64,000 bases of DNA. Source: Patescibacteria group bacterium (GTDB lineage Bacteria > Patescibacteriota > JABMPQ01 > JAQVVF01). Under the pieces are notes generated by a model that made no database searches, was not told where the DNA came from, and saw only the letters and a list, made by a program, of their open reading frames with translations. A program made the position numbers and the translations under genes. Below are positions 1 to 8,973 of this stretch, one piece after another; positions within the stretch are counted from its first letter, which is position 1, and each line of letters opens with the position of its first letter. The stretch lies in NCBI GenBank assembly GCA_041662665.1, contig JBAZSC010000001.1, forward strand, positions 385,511-449,510, written 5' to 3'.

Positions 1-638
1 TTAAATACGATGAATTAAAAAATGATTTTAAAGAAAAATTTTTAGCAGAAGTTAATAATCCGCAAAAATATAATTATGATTTTTTAGCTGATTTGCCAAA
101 AAATGCCACACTCGAAGGATATCTTTATCCTGACACATATTTTATTTATGCAGATTCAACTCCTGAAACAATTATCAGAAAAATGTTAGATAATTTTGGC
201 AAGAAAGTAACAAAAGATATTAGAGAACAGGCAAAAAGCAAGAATATGACTTTGAATCAAGTTTTGACAATGGCATCAATTATTCAAAAAGAAGTAAAGA
301 CGCCTGAAGAAATGAAGCTGGCAGCCGGTCTTTATTTTAATCGCTTGAATGCAAATAAAGCATTAGAATCAGATTCAACTATTACTTATGTCACTGGAAA
401 TTATGATAGCCGAGCTTCAACAGAAGATTTGAAAATCAAAAGTCCATACAATACATATACTCATAATGGTTTGCCACCAGGACCAATTAGTAATCCAAGC
501 TTGATAGCAATTACAGCAGTTTTAAATCCAACAGAAAGCGATTATATGTTTTTTATCACAGATAAATCTGGCAAAGCAATTTTTAGTGTAACTGGCGAGG
601 AGCATGTTGAAAATGTTGAAGAGCATTTGAATAATTAG
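1..638 (+). CDS. mltG: Endolytic transglycosylase MltG (5' truncated by window edge)
   Basis: Frame open from position 3. Motifs LEGYLYPDTY, ASIIQKE, SPYNTY..GLPPGPISNPS are typical of YceG/MltG. Confidence 0.95.
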   Translation, partial: KYDELKNDFKEKFLAEVNNPQKYNYDFLADLPKNATLEGYLYPDTYFIYADSTPETIIRKMLDNFGKKVTKDIREQAKSKNMTLNQVLTMASIIQKEVKTPEEMKLAAGLYFNRLNANKALESDSTITYVTGNYDSRASTEDLKIKSPYNTYTHNGLPPGPISNPSLIAITAVLNPTESDYMFFITDKSGKAIFSVTGEEHVENVEEHLNN

Positions 639-707
639 AAATTAGAAATGAGAAATGAGAAATGAGAATAGGTGTTCACATATCCCAGGCTCTCATTTCA
701 CATCTCT
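634..707. repeat. Heptamer tandem repeat (AGAAATG/AGAAATT) with short inverted arm
   Basis: ttagaaattagaaatgagaaatgagaaatgagaa ... tctcatttcacatctct. Confidence 0.8.
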
Positions 708-713
708 AAAAAA

Positions 714-736
714 AATAAAACCCTAGCAATAGGGTA
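714..736 (-). terminator. Hairpin terminator of 740..1069; partial copy of the cassette junction repeat
   Basis: ACCCTA-gcaa-TAGGGT hairpin, followed by a T-run on the minus strand. Confidence 0.75.
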
Positions 737-739
737 TTT

Positions 740-1069
740 TTAATGAGCTTGATTTTGATTTTCTTGTCTAGAATGATAAATTTCTAGACGATAAATTGGA
801 ATATTTTGAGAATTTTGAAAACAAATTTTTACATATATTCCTCTAATCTCAAAAACTTCAATACGTACGCCACAAACTTCAAAGTATTGTCCTGCAAAAA
901 GTACGACTTGTCCTCTCAAAGCGATTTCGTATGCATTATTTACTGTAATTCCATTTTTCGTATGTTCAACATTGAAATAAACAGTAGATTTTGTTATCTT
1001 TTCTACTGTTAATTTATTATCATCTCCGATCATCACTGATTCGCCAGATTTTCTAGTTAGAAAGAGCAT
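740..1069 (-). CDS. CsrA/RsmA-like protein with internal duplication (109 aa)
   Basis: N-terminal MLFLTRKSGESVMIGDD and C-terminal VKICF....IPIYRLEIY resemble CsrA (MLILTRRVGETLMIGDE ... VRIGV.AP.EV.VHREEIY). GGAGG SD upstream. Confidence 0.75.
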   Translation of the reverse strand: MLFLTRKSGESVMIGDDNKLTVEKITKSTVYFNVEHTKNGITVNNAYEIALRGQVVLFAGQYFEVCGVRIEVFEIRGIYVKICFQNSQNIPIYRLEIYHSRQENQNQAH

Positions 1070-1124
1070 CTCTCTCCCTCCTGCGTGGTTGTGAGAGCAA
1101 AAAAATAATAACTGAAAATTAAAA

Positions 1125-1158
1125 TTTTGTCAAATAAAAAACCCTAATTAATAGGGTA
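1125..1158 (-). repeat. 34-bp junction repeat: terminator hairpin fused to the TTGACA -35 box of the next gene
   Basis: TTTTGTCAAATAAAAAACCCTAATTAATAGGGTA; one mismatch to 1550-1583. Confidence 0.85.
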
Positions 1159-1495
1159 TAGTTCTTAAGGTACTTTTTTCATGCATTTGATCATATATTT
1201 CTTGGCGAAGAATTTGAATTGTAACTGGTGCTTCAAAACAGATTCTGACAGAATTCTTGTTAACTTGCATGATCGTTACTCTGACTCCAGATACAATAAA
1301 ATATTTTTGCGCAGAATGCTCAAAATTGCCTTGGACAGCTAAAGTTTTGCTGTTTGATTTTGTTGTACCATTCGCGCCATCTAAATATTCCGTAATTTTG
1401 AAAGTTGCAGTCCTTCGCGATGTTCTGATTAAGGTAATTTTGCATGAGTCATCGATCCTTACAGACTCGTACAAGTTCCTTTCTAGAAACAGCAT
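1148..1495 (-). CDS. Second CsrA-like paralog (115 aa, start revised to ATG 1495)
   Basis: MLFLERNLYESVRIDD ... VRICFEAPVTIQILRQEIY; AAGGAGGAG SD just upstream of 1495. Confidence 0.72.
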   Translation of the reverse strand: MLFLERNLYESVRIDDSCKITLIRTSRRTATFKITEYLDGANGTTKSNSKTLAVQGNFEHSAQKYFIVSGVRVTIMQVNKNSVRICFEAPVTIQILRQEIYDQMHEKSTLRTIPY

Positions 1496-1549
1496 TTTTT
1501 TCTCCTCCTTTGCTTGACTGAACAACTGGAATCTTATCAGAAAACGATA

Positions 1550-1583
1550 TTTTGTCAAATAAAAAACCCTAATGAATAGGGTA
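1550..1583 (-). repeat. 34-bp junction repeat (terminator plus -35 box)
   Basis: TTTTGTCAAATAAAAAACCCTAATGAATAGGGTA. Confidence 0.85.
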
Positions 1584-1604
1584 ATGAAAGATCAATCTGT
1601 ATAT

Positions 1605-1871
1605 TTATTTGTCTGGAAAATCTTGGATGCAGGACTTATGTTGTTCTGTCAAATATTTGTTATCTGCATGCCATTGGATATTCAGAGTTACAAAAGCAGA
1701 CACCAAGAATACAAACGATATTCCAAAGAAAAATGCAAGAGTGCGTCGTTTTCGATTCAAGTCTAGAATAAGGATTAGAAAAGAAATTCCGCTAACAAAG
1801 AACAAAATTCCAAGAACAAAAAGAAATATTGGCAAGAAAGCATACAAAAGTGCGGCATACATTGTATCCAT
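1605..1871 (-). CDS. Small two-TM membrane protein, unknown function
   Basis: Two hydrophobic segments; GGAGGAGG SD; TTGACA-17-TATTCT promoter upstream. Confidence 0.7.
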   Translation of the reverse strand: MDTMYAALLYAFLPIFLFVLGILFFVSGISFLILILDLNRKRRTLAFFFGISFVFLVSAFVTLNIQWHADNKYLTEQHKSCIQDFPDK

Positions 1872-1949
1872 TTCCTCCTCCTTTGTCCTCCGTGAGCAAC
1901 GTTAAAGAATACATTTTCTTGATAATATTGTCAATATTTTTCTTTCCTC

Positions 1950-1977
1950 TTGACAATATAATATTTTTTGCTAAACT
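1950..1977 (+). promoter_or_regulatory. sigma70 promoter of rplJL
   Basis: TTGACA-16-TAAACT with an upstream TG extension. Confidence 0.6.
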
Positions 1978-1999
1978 ATAATTACTTACAAATAAATAT

Positions 2000-2116
2000 T
2001 CCAGAGACAGTAAGTTTCAGCACAAGCTGAGTAATTCTTGCCGAGGAAAAAACGAGTAACTAGTCATAAGTAACTAGTAATTAGTTTATCATCCTACGGC
2101 AAAGTAGGATTTTTTA
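2000..2116 (+). promoter_or_regulatory. Ribosomal protein L10 leader with downstream attenuator hairpin
   Basis: CCAGAGACAGTAAG...CTTGCCGAGG resembles the L10-leader core. ATCCTAC-ggcaaa-GTAGGAT-TTTTT follows, upstream of rplJ. Confidence 0.75.
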
Positions 2117-2136
2117 ATAAATAAAAAGTTGAATTT

Positions 2137-2205
2137 TCGCAGCGCCTGCATCAACGCACATCAGCGTAGATCAGCGTTAGAATCTGCGTTTAATCAGCTT
2201 CTACG
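2137..2205. repeat. 10-11 nt degenerate tandem repeat (ATCAGCGT core), single arm before rplJ
   Basis: atcaacgcac atcagcgtag atcagcgttag aatctgcgttt aatcagc. Confidence 0.75.
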
Positions 2206-2210
2206 AATAT

Positions 2211-2741
2211 ATGGCAAAGACAAGAATTGAAAAAGAAAAGATGGTTAAGGAAACATCTGATAAATTAAATAAAGCAAAATCATTAGTTTTTGCTAATTTT
2301 ACAGGATTGAAAGTTAACGAAGTTCAAGAATTAAAAAAAGAAGCAAAAAAGCAAGATGTTGAATTCTCAGTTGTTAAAAATTCTTTATTCAAATTAGCAA
2401 TGAAGAATTCGGATCTTAAAGATGTCAAGATGGAAGAATTCAAAGGCCCTAGAGCAGTTGCATTTGGTTATTCTGATGAAGTTGCGGGAGCAAAAATATT
2501 GCACACTTTTGCAAAGAAGCACAAAGTAATGCAATTATTAGGCGGTATTTTAGGCAAAGCTTTGTTATCAACTAAAGAAGTTACAAATCTAGCCAAGCTT
2601 CCTTCAAAAGAAGAAATGCTTGCCAAAACTGTTGGCACTATCAAAGCTCCTATCACTTCATTTGTTAATGTTATGGCAGGAAATTTAAGAGGCTTGATCA
2701 ATGTATTAAACGCAGTAAAGGACAAGAAACCTACTAAATAA
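2211..2741 (+). CDS. rplJ: 50S ribosomal protein L10
   Basis: GLKVNEVQELK, VVKNSL, LAKLPSKEEMLA; upstream of L7/L12. Confidence 0.97.
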   Translation: MAKTRIEKEKMVKETSDKLNKAKSLVFANFTGLKVNEVQELKKEAKKQDVEFSVVKNSLFKLAMKNSDLKDVKMEEFKGPRAVAFGYSDEVAGAKILHTFAKKHKVMQLLGGILGKALLSTKEVTNLAKLPSKEEMLAKTVGTIKAPITSFVNVMAGNLRGLINVLNAVKDKKPTK

Positions 2742-2827
2742 TTAATTTATATAATAACTAATTTGTTAACAAGCTAATCATTAATTAAGTTCTAATTACT
2801 GATAACTGTTAACTAATAACTAATTTT

Positions 2828-3265
2828 ATGGCAGAAGAAGTAAAGAAAGCTGAAGAAGCTAAAGAAGAGAAAAAAGAAGTAGTAGTTCCAGAAAAATTCA
2901 AAGCCTTAGTAGAAGGAATTGAAAAAATGTCAGTATTGGAACTATCTGAATTGGTAAAAGTTTTGGAAGAAAAATTCGGCGTATCAGCAGCTGCTCCTAT
3001 GGCTATGGCTATGCCAGGTGCTGCAGGTGCAGATGCAGGTGAAGCTGAAGAAAAAACAGAATTCAATATTGAATTGAAAGCTGTTGGTGATCAAAAGATC
3101 CAAGTTATCAAAGCTGTAAAAGAAATTACAGGCAAAGGTCTAAAAGAAGCTAAAGATATGGTAGACAAAGCTCCAGTTGTAGTAAAAGAAAAAGTTGCAA
3201 AAGCTGAAGCAGAAGAATTGAAAAAGAAATTAGAAGCTGCAGGTGCAACAGTTGAATTGAAGTAA
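2828..3265 (+). CDS. rplL: 50S ribosomal protein L7/L12
   Basis: [46 protein letters not shown]. Confidence 0.98.
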   Translation: MAEEVKKAEEAKEEKKEVVVPEKFKALVEGIEKMSVLELSELVKVLEEKFGVSAAAPMAMAMPGAAGADAGEAEEKTEFNIELKAVGDQKIQVIKAVKEITGKGLKEAKDMVDKAPVVVKEKVAKAEAEELKKKLEAAGATVELK

Positions 3266-3307
3266 TCGCGAATTTACACAAATTCATCACGAATTTCACG
3301 AATACTA

Positions 3308-3340
3308 AAAACCGAGACATAAATGCCTCGGTTTTTGTTT
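3308..3340. terminator. Bidirectional intrinsic terminator
   Basis: AAAACCGAG-acataaatgc-CTCGGTTTT between convergent genes. Confidence 0.8.
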
Positions 3341-3346
3341 ATGTAA

Positions 3347-3574
3347 TTAATTTAATTTTTTATTTTGTTCAATTTTATTGAGCTCTTGTGTAAAAATTTG
3401 CTTTATAAGACCAGCTCCAGTCGTCTCTGCATATTGACGTGAAATTTCACCAGTTGAATATTGCTTTAACAAAGATCTCATGCCATGTGCCAAAGATTCG
3501 ACCATTTTTTCTTGTTCAGGATCAAGTTCTACTTTTTCTATGCCCGTCTCATCATAAAAATTTTCTCTCGCCAT
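3347..3574 (-). CDS. Small hypothetical protein
   Basis: 75-aa ORF downstream of 3605..5923 on the same strand. Confidence 0.6.
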   Translation of the reverse strand: MARENFYDETGIEKVELDPEQEKMVESLAHGMRSLLKQYSTGEISRQYAETTGAGLIKQIFTQELNKIEQNKKLN

Positions 3575-3604
3575 AAATTTTATTAATTATTAATATCCAA
3601 ATAT

Positions 3605-5923
3605 CTATTTCATCTCAAACATCAACACTTTATTATTACTCAACACGTATCCCTTATTTTTACTTTCATCAATAAATATATCTTTAGCATTTTTGAAATC
3701 AGTATTTGCATATTGCTTCAAAACATTTCCATTTTTATCTAAGACGGCCAATCTTTCGTTAGCTGGATCTAAGACATACAAATTATTATAATCTAATAAT
3801 GTAAATATTTTACTTCCAGAAGCAAAAGATTTATCTAAATTTTTAATTGAAAAATCTTCTTTCTTTCCAGACAAAAAGCTGACAATCTCACCATTATCTT
3901 TCAAGACATAAATACTGCCATCAATTGCAAATGAATTAGCATCTTTAATTCCATTATCAACTCCATCTAACCAAGCCTCTCCTTTATTATAGCCATCAAT
4001 TGTTCTTTGATGCTTCCAGATTTGATCATTAGTATTATCCAAAACATATAATGCATCAAAATAATTTGCAAAAGCAGTAATTTTTTCTTTTGAATCTAAT
4101 TCAAAATCAACTTTATAAATATTATTATCATCTAATACAAATTCAGAAACAGAATTTGAATCAGTCAAAAACTCAATATAATCTTTAAATAAATTTATTG
4201 CGCCATATTTTAAATTGCCAACGCCATTTGATTCATTAGATGCTTTATCTAAAGATTTTTTGTTTTCGTTAACTAAAAATACTTCTGATTTATTTTCATC
4301 ATAAGAATACAATTTTCCGCCAAGTCCTAAAATTCCTTTAGCATTAAAATCAGCTGGCAAAGAAATTGAATCTAAATTTTCTATTCTTGTAACATTATTA
4401 ATTTTATCAAGATCTGTTGTTACTCCTTTCAACAAATCTTCAGCATCTTTTTGAAATTTTTTATCTTTTTTGGCATCAATCAAAATAGTCGTTGCTTCAA
4501 GAAGAAAACCTTTTGCTTTTTCTTTATCGCCATAGATTAATGAATCAGAAGCTTTCTTTTTCAAATCTTGAGCTTGGACAATTGAATTTTCATCAACTTT
4601 TTTTGTTACAGCAACGTCTTTGTTTTCTGGACCTTTGGAATGGAAAAACATAAAAAATCCAAAAATAAAACCTATGCCAACAACACTGCCTAAAATTATT
4701 TTTGATTTATTTGGTAAGCCAGCAACGAATGAAAATGCATCAGCAAAGACACCTTTTATTTTATCTAATCCTAATTTTGGTAATTTATTTTCTGATGGCT
4801 GTATTCTTGGAGATAGATATGATCGAGTTGAAATCGCTTTTCTGCTTGTTATTCTTCTTTCTGGAACTTTAGATTTTGGTTTTAACGACTTTATAGAACC
4901 AGCAACTTTTTCGAAAACAGGCAAGGCATTATCTTTGAATCTCAAAATATTATCTTTTGCTAATTCAATATATTTATTGAATCCTGAAGATTGTTTTTCT
5001 CTTTTTCTTGGCAATGTTTTTAAAATGTCGTCATCAGTATCAATATCTAAAGCCGATCTTTTTTGTTTTGCTTCATGATAATTATAAACTTTGTAATCTT
5101 CATTTGCTGGACGAACTGGTGGCACTGATTTTTTTTCATCAATTGAACCAACTTCATTTTTATTGGCTCGCTCATTAATTAAATCTTCAATTGTCTGTTT
5201 CTTCGTTCTAGGTTTTTTCAAGAAATCAAATTCTTCTTCATAAGCTTCTTTTTCATCTTTTAATTCCAAAACAACAGCTGATAAAGCCGAATTATCGAAA
5301 TTTTGCAGTAAATTTTTGAAATTAGAAATTGCATCTTTAGCAGAGAATTGCGATAAAGTTCTTTTAACTTTTTCACTCGAAAAATATTTCAAAAAATTCG
5401 GAGAAACCATTAATAATTTATCATTAATCTGCATATCTCCAGAAACAACATTAATAAAAGTTTTCATCGGATTTGATTGAGAAGAGCTTGGACCAGTAGT
5501 AATATCAATGACTTCATTTTGCCGATATAAAAATATTTTTGTTGATCCAGTATAGGCGATATGTATCTTATTAAAACTTAAAGCTGCAATTCCAACATGC
5601 AATTTATCAATCCATTCTACATAGCCTTCAGCTGCTAATGTTGATAATGCCTGATTTAATTTGCTCAAAGCTGATTCAAAATGCCCAAGCATTTGTGTCT
5701 TATTTTCTGATGTTTTGAATCTAAAATATTCCTGTTTAATGCATTCAGAAATAATCTCTGACATCTTTGAAGCAAAATCAGTATTCATATCAACATCAAC
5801 AACAACTGCTAATTTTCCTAATTCATTCATTTTTCTATTTGGCGCATCAAAAACAAAAGACTTGCTAAATGTCTCATTAGTTGAAATATCATGAACTGTT
5901 AAATTTTCGTATTTTATTAACAT
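3605..5923 (-). CDS. Membrane protein: N-terminal PP2C-like fold, TM, C-terminal NHL-type beta-propeller
   Basis: FINVVSGDMQINDKLLMVS (PP2C-like), one TM near aa 410, LYVLD/IYVL NHL-like repeats. Confidence 0.65.
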   Translation of the reverse strand: MLIKYENLTVHDISTNETFSKSFVFDAPNRKMNELGKLAVVVDVDMNTDFASKMSEIISECIKQEYFRFKTSENKTQMLGHFESALSKLNQALSTLAAEGYVEWIDKLHVGIAALSFNKIHIAYTGSTKIFLYRQNEVIDITTGPSSSQSNPMKTFINVVSGDMQINDKLLMVSPNFLKYFSSEKVKRTLSQFSAKDAISNFKNLLQNFDNSALSAVVLELKDEKEAYEEEFDFLKKPRTKKQTIEDLINERANKNEVGSIDEKKSVPPVRPANEDYKVYNYHEAKQKRSALDIDTDDDILKTLPRKREKQSSGFNKYIELAKDNILRFKDNALPVFEKVAGSIKSLKPKSKVPERRITSRKAISTRSYLSPRIQPSENKLPKLGLDKIKGVFADAFSFVAGLPNKSKIILGSVVGIGFIFGFFMFFHSKGPENKDVAVTKKVDENSIVQAQDLKKKASDSLIYGDKEKAKGFLLEATTILIDAKKDKKFQKDAEDLLKGVTTDLDKINNVTRIENLDSISLPADFNAKGILGLGGKLYSYDENKSEVFLVNENKKSLDKASNESNGVGNLKYGAINLFKDYIEFLTDSNSVSEFVLDDNNIYKVDFELDSKEKITAFANYFDALYVLDNTNDQIWKHQRTIDGYNKGEAWLDGVDNGIKDANSFAIDGSIYVLKDNGEIVSFLSGKKEDFSIKNLDKSFASGSKIFTLLDYNNLYVLDPANERLAVLDKNGNVLKQYANTDFKNAKDIFIDESKNKGYVLSNNKVLMFEMK

Positions 5924-5924
5924 A

Positions 5925-6017
5925 ATACAAATTTGCGAATTTATGCAAATCTACAAATATGCGAATCGAAGTATTCGTATATTCGTATCATTTGCATTAT
6001 TCGTAAATTCGTATTAT
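5925..6017. repeat. 8-9 nt repeat inverted-arm hairpin (GCGAAT / ATTCGTA)
   Basis: tgcgaatttatgcaaatctacaaatatgcgaat ... attcgtatattcgtatcatttgcattattcgtaaattcgta. Confidence 0.85.
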
Positions 6018-6134
6018 ATTCTTTTCTAATTTATTATAACTAGACTTTAAAATATTAGCAAGACGCGGAAATATCTTTGCTTGTTGACATTTTATACTGT
6101 AAATGATAACATTTTATAAAGTTAATTAACAGCC

Positions 6135-6752
6135 ATGAAAAACGTTCTTGAAAAACTTTTCGGCTCAAAAACAAGAGTAAAAATCTTAAGCTTATTTGTC
6201 AAAAATCAAAACAGCAGTTTTTATGTGCGTGAAATTACCAGAAAATTGCAAGAACGAATTAATTCAATCAGAAGAGAATTAGAAAATTTAACAAATGTCG
6301 GACTTTTAAAAACATTTGATAAAGATCAAAAAAAGTTTTATAAACTGAATAAAGAAAGTATTATTATCGAAGAATTAAGTTCATTAATCTTAAAAGCAAA
6401 TATTGTTCCAAAAGAAAAAGTTGCTGATGAAATTAAAAAAATTAAAAGCATTGATTTTGCTGCATTATCTGGAATTTTTACAAGATCAGATAGCAGAGTT
6501 GATATTTTAATAATTGGAGATAATGTTGAAAAAAATAAATTAGTAAAAATTATTAATGAATTAGAAAAACAGCAAGGACAGGAATTGAATTATACAGTCA
6601 TGAGCAAAAAAGAATTTGATTACCGCAAAAAAATTGATGATCGATTTTTAAATAGTATTCTAGACAAAAAGCACAAAGTTCTAGTCGACAAATTACAGGA
6701 TGAAAAGAATAAGAAAAAAGAGCAAGAATTTGGAATGAAATTATTTCGCTAA
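6135..6752 (+). CDS. Winged-HTH regulator fused to a nucleotidyltransferase-like domain
   Basis: LFGSKTRVKIL...YVREITR...SIRREL HTH; SG.F....VDILIIGD NTase-like motif. Confidence 0.7.
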   Translation: MKNVLEKLFGSKTRVKILSLFVKNQNSSFYVREITRKLQERINSIRRELENLTNVGLLKTFDKDQKKFYKLNKESIIIEELSSLILKANIVPKEKVADEIKKIKSIDFAALSGIFTRSDSRVDILIIGDNVEKNKLVKIINELEKQQGQELNYTVMSKKEFDYRKKIDDRFLNSILDKKHKVLVDKLQDEKNKKKEQEFGMKLFR

Positions 6753-6813
6753 AATTTAATTATTTTTTTAACTAGTTAAATTATAACTGTCGTAATGGCA
6801 GTTTTTTAATCCA

Positions 6814-6879
6814 TTAGAAATTGGAAATTAGATATTAGAAATTAGTAAATTTAATATTAAATTTCTAATTTCTAATATC
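6814..6879. repeat. Heptamer inverted-arm hairpin (ATTAGAA / TTCTAAT)
   Basis: ttagaaattggaaattagatattagaaattag ... atttctaatttctaatatc. Confidence 0.85.
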
Positions 6880-6958
6880 ATCGTTGTTGATAACTTTTCA
6901 TTACCATTATCGTGGCTTATTTAAGCAAAAAAATAAGAAGAATTTTTCATTCAAATCC

Positions 6959-7022
6959 TTGACGTAGTATATGAATGGAGTATAATAAACTTGAAATGGA
7001 ACAAAATGGGACAAAATGGGAG
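6959..7022 (+). promoter_or_regulatory. dcw promoter with three 10-bp-spaced AAATGG repeats (probable MraZ operator)
   Basis: TTGACG-16-TATAAT, then gaaatgga acaaaatggg acaaaatggga. MraZ is known to bind 10-bp-spaced TGG-containing direct repeats. Confidence 0.7.
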
Positions 7023-7058
7023 ATTTTCAAGATGATATTTTTTATTTAATTTATCCTG

Positions 7059-7490
7059 ATGTTCATTGGCGAATACCAACATTCAATTGATGATCGAGGT
7101 CGCTTAGCGATTCCTTCTAAATTTCGTTCCAAAATTAAAAAAGGAGCAGTTGTTACTCGCGGTTTAGACAATTGTCTTTTCCTTTATACAAAAGAAGAAT
7201 GGGAAAAGTTAGCAAACAAATTAGCTAGCCTTCCAATCAGCCAAGCAAATACCAGAGCATTTTCAAGATTGATGTTGGCTGGAGCAATGGATGTTGATTT
7301 AGATAGTCATGGGAGAATAATTATACCTCAATATTTAAGAACATTCTCATCTATCACAAAAAAAGTTATTATCGCTGGATTATATAATCGTTTGGAAATT
7401 TGGGATGAAGAAAAATGGACGATATACAAAACAAATACTGAAAAAAATAGCAGTGAAATCGCTGAAAAAATAGGTGAGTTAGGAGTTTAA
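7059..7490 (+). CDS. mraZ: Transcriptional regulator MraZ
   Basis: MFIGEYQHSIDDRGRLAIP; DSHGRIIIP; first gene of dcw. Confidence 0.97.
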   Translation: MFIGEYQHSIDDRGRLAIPSKFRSKIKKGAVVTRGLDNCLFLYTKEEWEKLANKLASLPISQANTRAFSRLMLAGAMDVDLDSHGRIIIPQYLRTFSSITKKVIIAGLYNRLEIWDEEKWTIYKTNTEKNSSEIAEKIGELGV

Positions 7491-7491
7491 C

Positions 7492-7620
7492 GAGAATTAC
7501 GAATCATGAATAATGAATCATGATTTGAATAACGAAGCATGAATTATGAATATCGTCATTAATCATTATTCAAAATTCGTAATTCAAATCATAATTCTTA
7601 ATTCATAATTCATGATTCAT
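7492..7620. repeat. Heptamer inverted-arm hairpin (GAATNAT / ATTCATN); right arm contains the rsmH ATG
   Basis: gaattacgaatcatgaataatgaatcatga ... attcttaattcataattcatgattcATG. Confidence 0.9.
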
Positions 7621-8551
7621 GCAAAGTATCTATCACGTACCTGTCCTTTCAGAAGAAATAATAAAAATCTTTAACCCGCAAAAAAACCAAAATTATATCG
7701 ATGGAACATTAGGAGATGGCGGACACACAGAAATGTTATTAGAAAAAATAGGTCCTAATGGAAAAGTAATGGCATTTGATTTAGATGGTGATGCAATTAT
7801 AAGAGCTTCAAAAAGACTAGAAAAATATAAAGACAGAATTATTTTCATCAACAAAAATTTTAAAGAAATAGAAAAAATAGTAAAAGAAAATAAGTTCACA
7901 GATATTGCAGGAATTTTATTTGATCTCGGTCTTTCAACTTATCAACTTCAAAGTTCTCGCGGATTTTCATTTCAGACCGAAGGAAAGCTCGATATGAAAT
8001 TCGATGAATCAACAAGAAAACACAGATCAGCATTTCAAATTGTCAATGAAGCGAAACCAGAAGAATTAAGACACATCTTTAGAAAATATGGAGAAATTCA
8101 AAATTATTGGAAATTAACAGATACAATAATTAAAAAAAGAACATTAGGCAAAATAAAAACTAGCCAAGAATTAGCTGAAACTGTAAAATATCTTGCTCCA
8201 GAAAGATTTAGAAATAGATATTTAGCTCAAGTTTTTCAAGCAATCAGAATTGCAGTAAATAATGAATTAGAAAATATTACCAATGCCTTAAAGGATTCAA
8301 TAAAAATAATTGAACCAAAAGGAAAAATTGCAGTTATCTCGTATCATTCTCTAGAAGACAGAATAGTTAAACAATTTTTTCAGACGGAAAGCAAAGGCTG
8401 CATTTGTCCGCCAGAAATTCCGATTTGCCAATGCCTACATATCGCATCCTTGAAAATATTAACAAAAAAACCAATTATTCCAACCGAAATAGAAATCAAA
8501 AACAATTCAAAAGCGAGATCAGCAAAATTAAGAATCGCTGAAAAAATATAA
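7619..8551 (+). CDS. rsmH: 16S rRNA m4C1402 methyltransferase
   Basis: HVPVL, DGTLGDGGH, DLGLS, QAIRIAVNNEL, ISYHSLEDRIVK, ARSAKLR. Confidence 0.97.
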   Translation: MQSIYHVPVLSEEIIKIFNPQKNQNYIDGTLGDGGHTEMLLEKIGPNGKVMAFDLDGDAIIRASKRLEKYKDRIIFINKNFKEIEKIVKENKFTDIAGILFDLGLSTYQLQSSRGFSFQTEGKLDMKFDESTRKHRSAFQIVNEAKPEELRHIFRKYGEIQNYWKLTDTIIKKRTLGKIKTSQELAETVKYLAPERFRNRYLAQVFQAIRIAVNNELENITNALKDSIKIIEPKGKIAVISYHSLEDRIVKQFFQTESKGCICPPEIPICQCLHIASLKILTKKPIIPTEIEIKNNSKARSAKLRIAEKI

Positions 8552-8578
8552 AAACATAAAAAAATAAACAAAAATAAA

Positions 8579-8941
8579 ATGTCAAAGTATTTAACAATCA
8601 ACAAAAATTTAAATTCTAAAAATCGTAACAAAACCGTTAAAAACAAATTATCAGCTGGTCCTGTTACTTTAACAATAGTTACAGTTGTCCTATTTTGTGC
8701 TTTAGGACTTTTGTTTCTTGCTCAAGTTTTTCAATCTCAGACCAAAAGCTATGAAGTTTTAGAACTAAAACAAAAAGCTGAAGAATTAAAACAAGATAAT
8801 AAAGATTTAGAAATTAAATCAGCTGAACTTCGATCAATGGATCACATCAAACAATCAGCAAAACAATTAAATCTAGTAGATACAAAAGATATCGTTTATA
8901 TAAATAAAATCGGCAATTCTGTCGTTGTTATGAATAGATAA
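8579..8941 (+). CDS. ftsL: Cell division protein FtsL-like
   Basis: TM plus coiled coil, located between rsmH and the PBP gene. Confidence 0.75.
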   Translation: MSKYLTINKNLNSKNRNKTVKNKLSAGPVTLTIVTVVLFCALGLLFLAQVFQSQTKSYEVLELKQKAEELKQDNKDLEIKSAELRSMDHIKQSAKQLNLVDTKDIVYINKIGNSVVVMNR

Positions 8942-8973
8942 AATTAAAAATTAAATATTATCCAACAAAAAAA

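Noticed and set aside
714-1583. Classical integron attC array
   Set aside because: The junction is a short terminator/promoter without attC R/L box geometry, and no intI is present. Kept only as a cassette-like finding.
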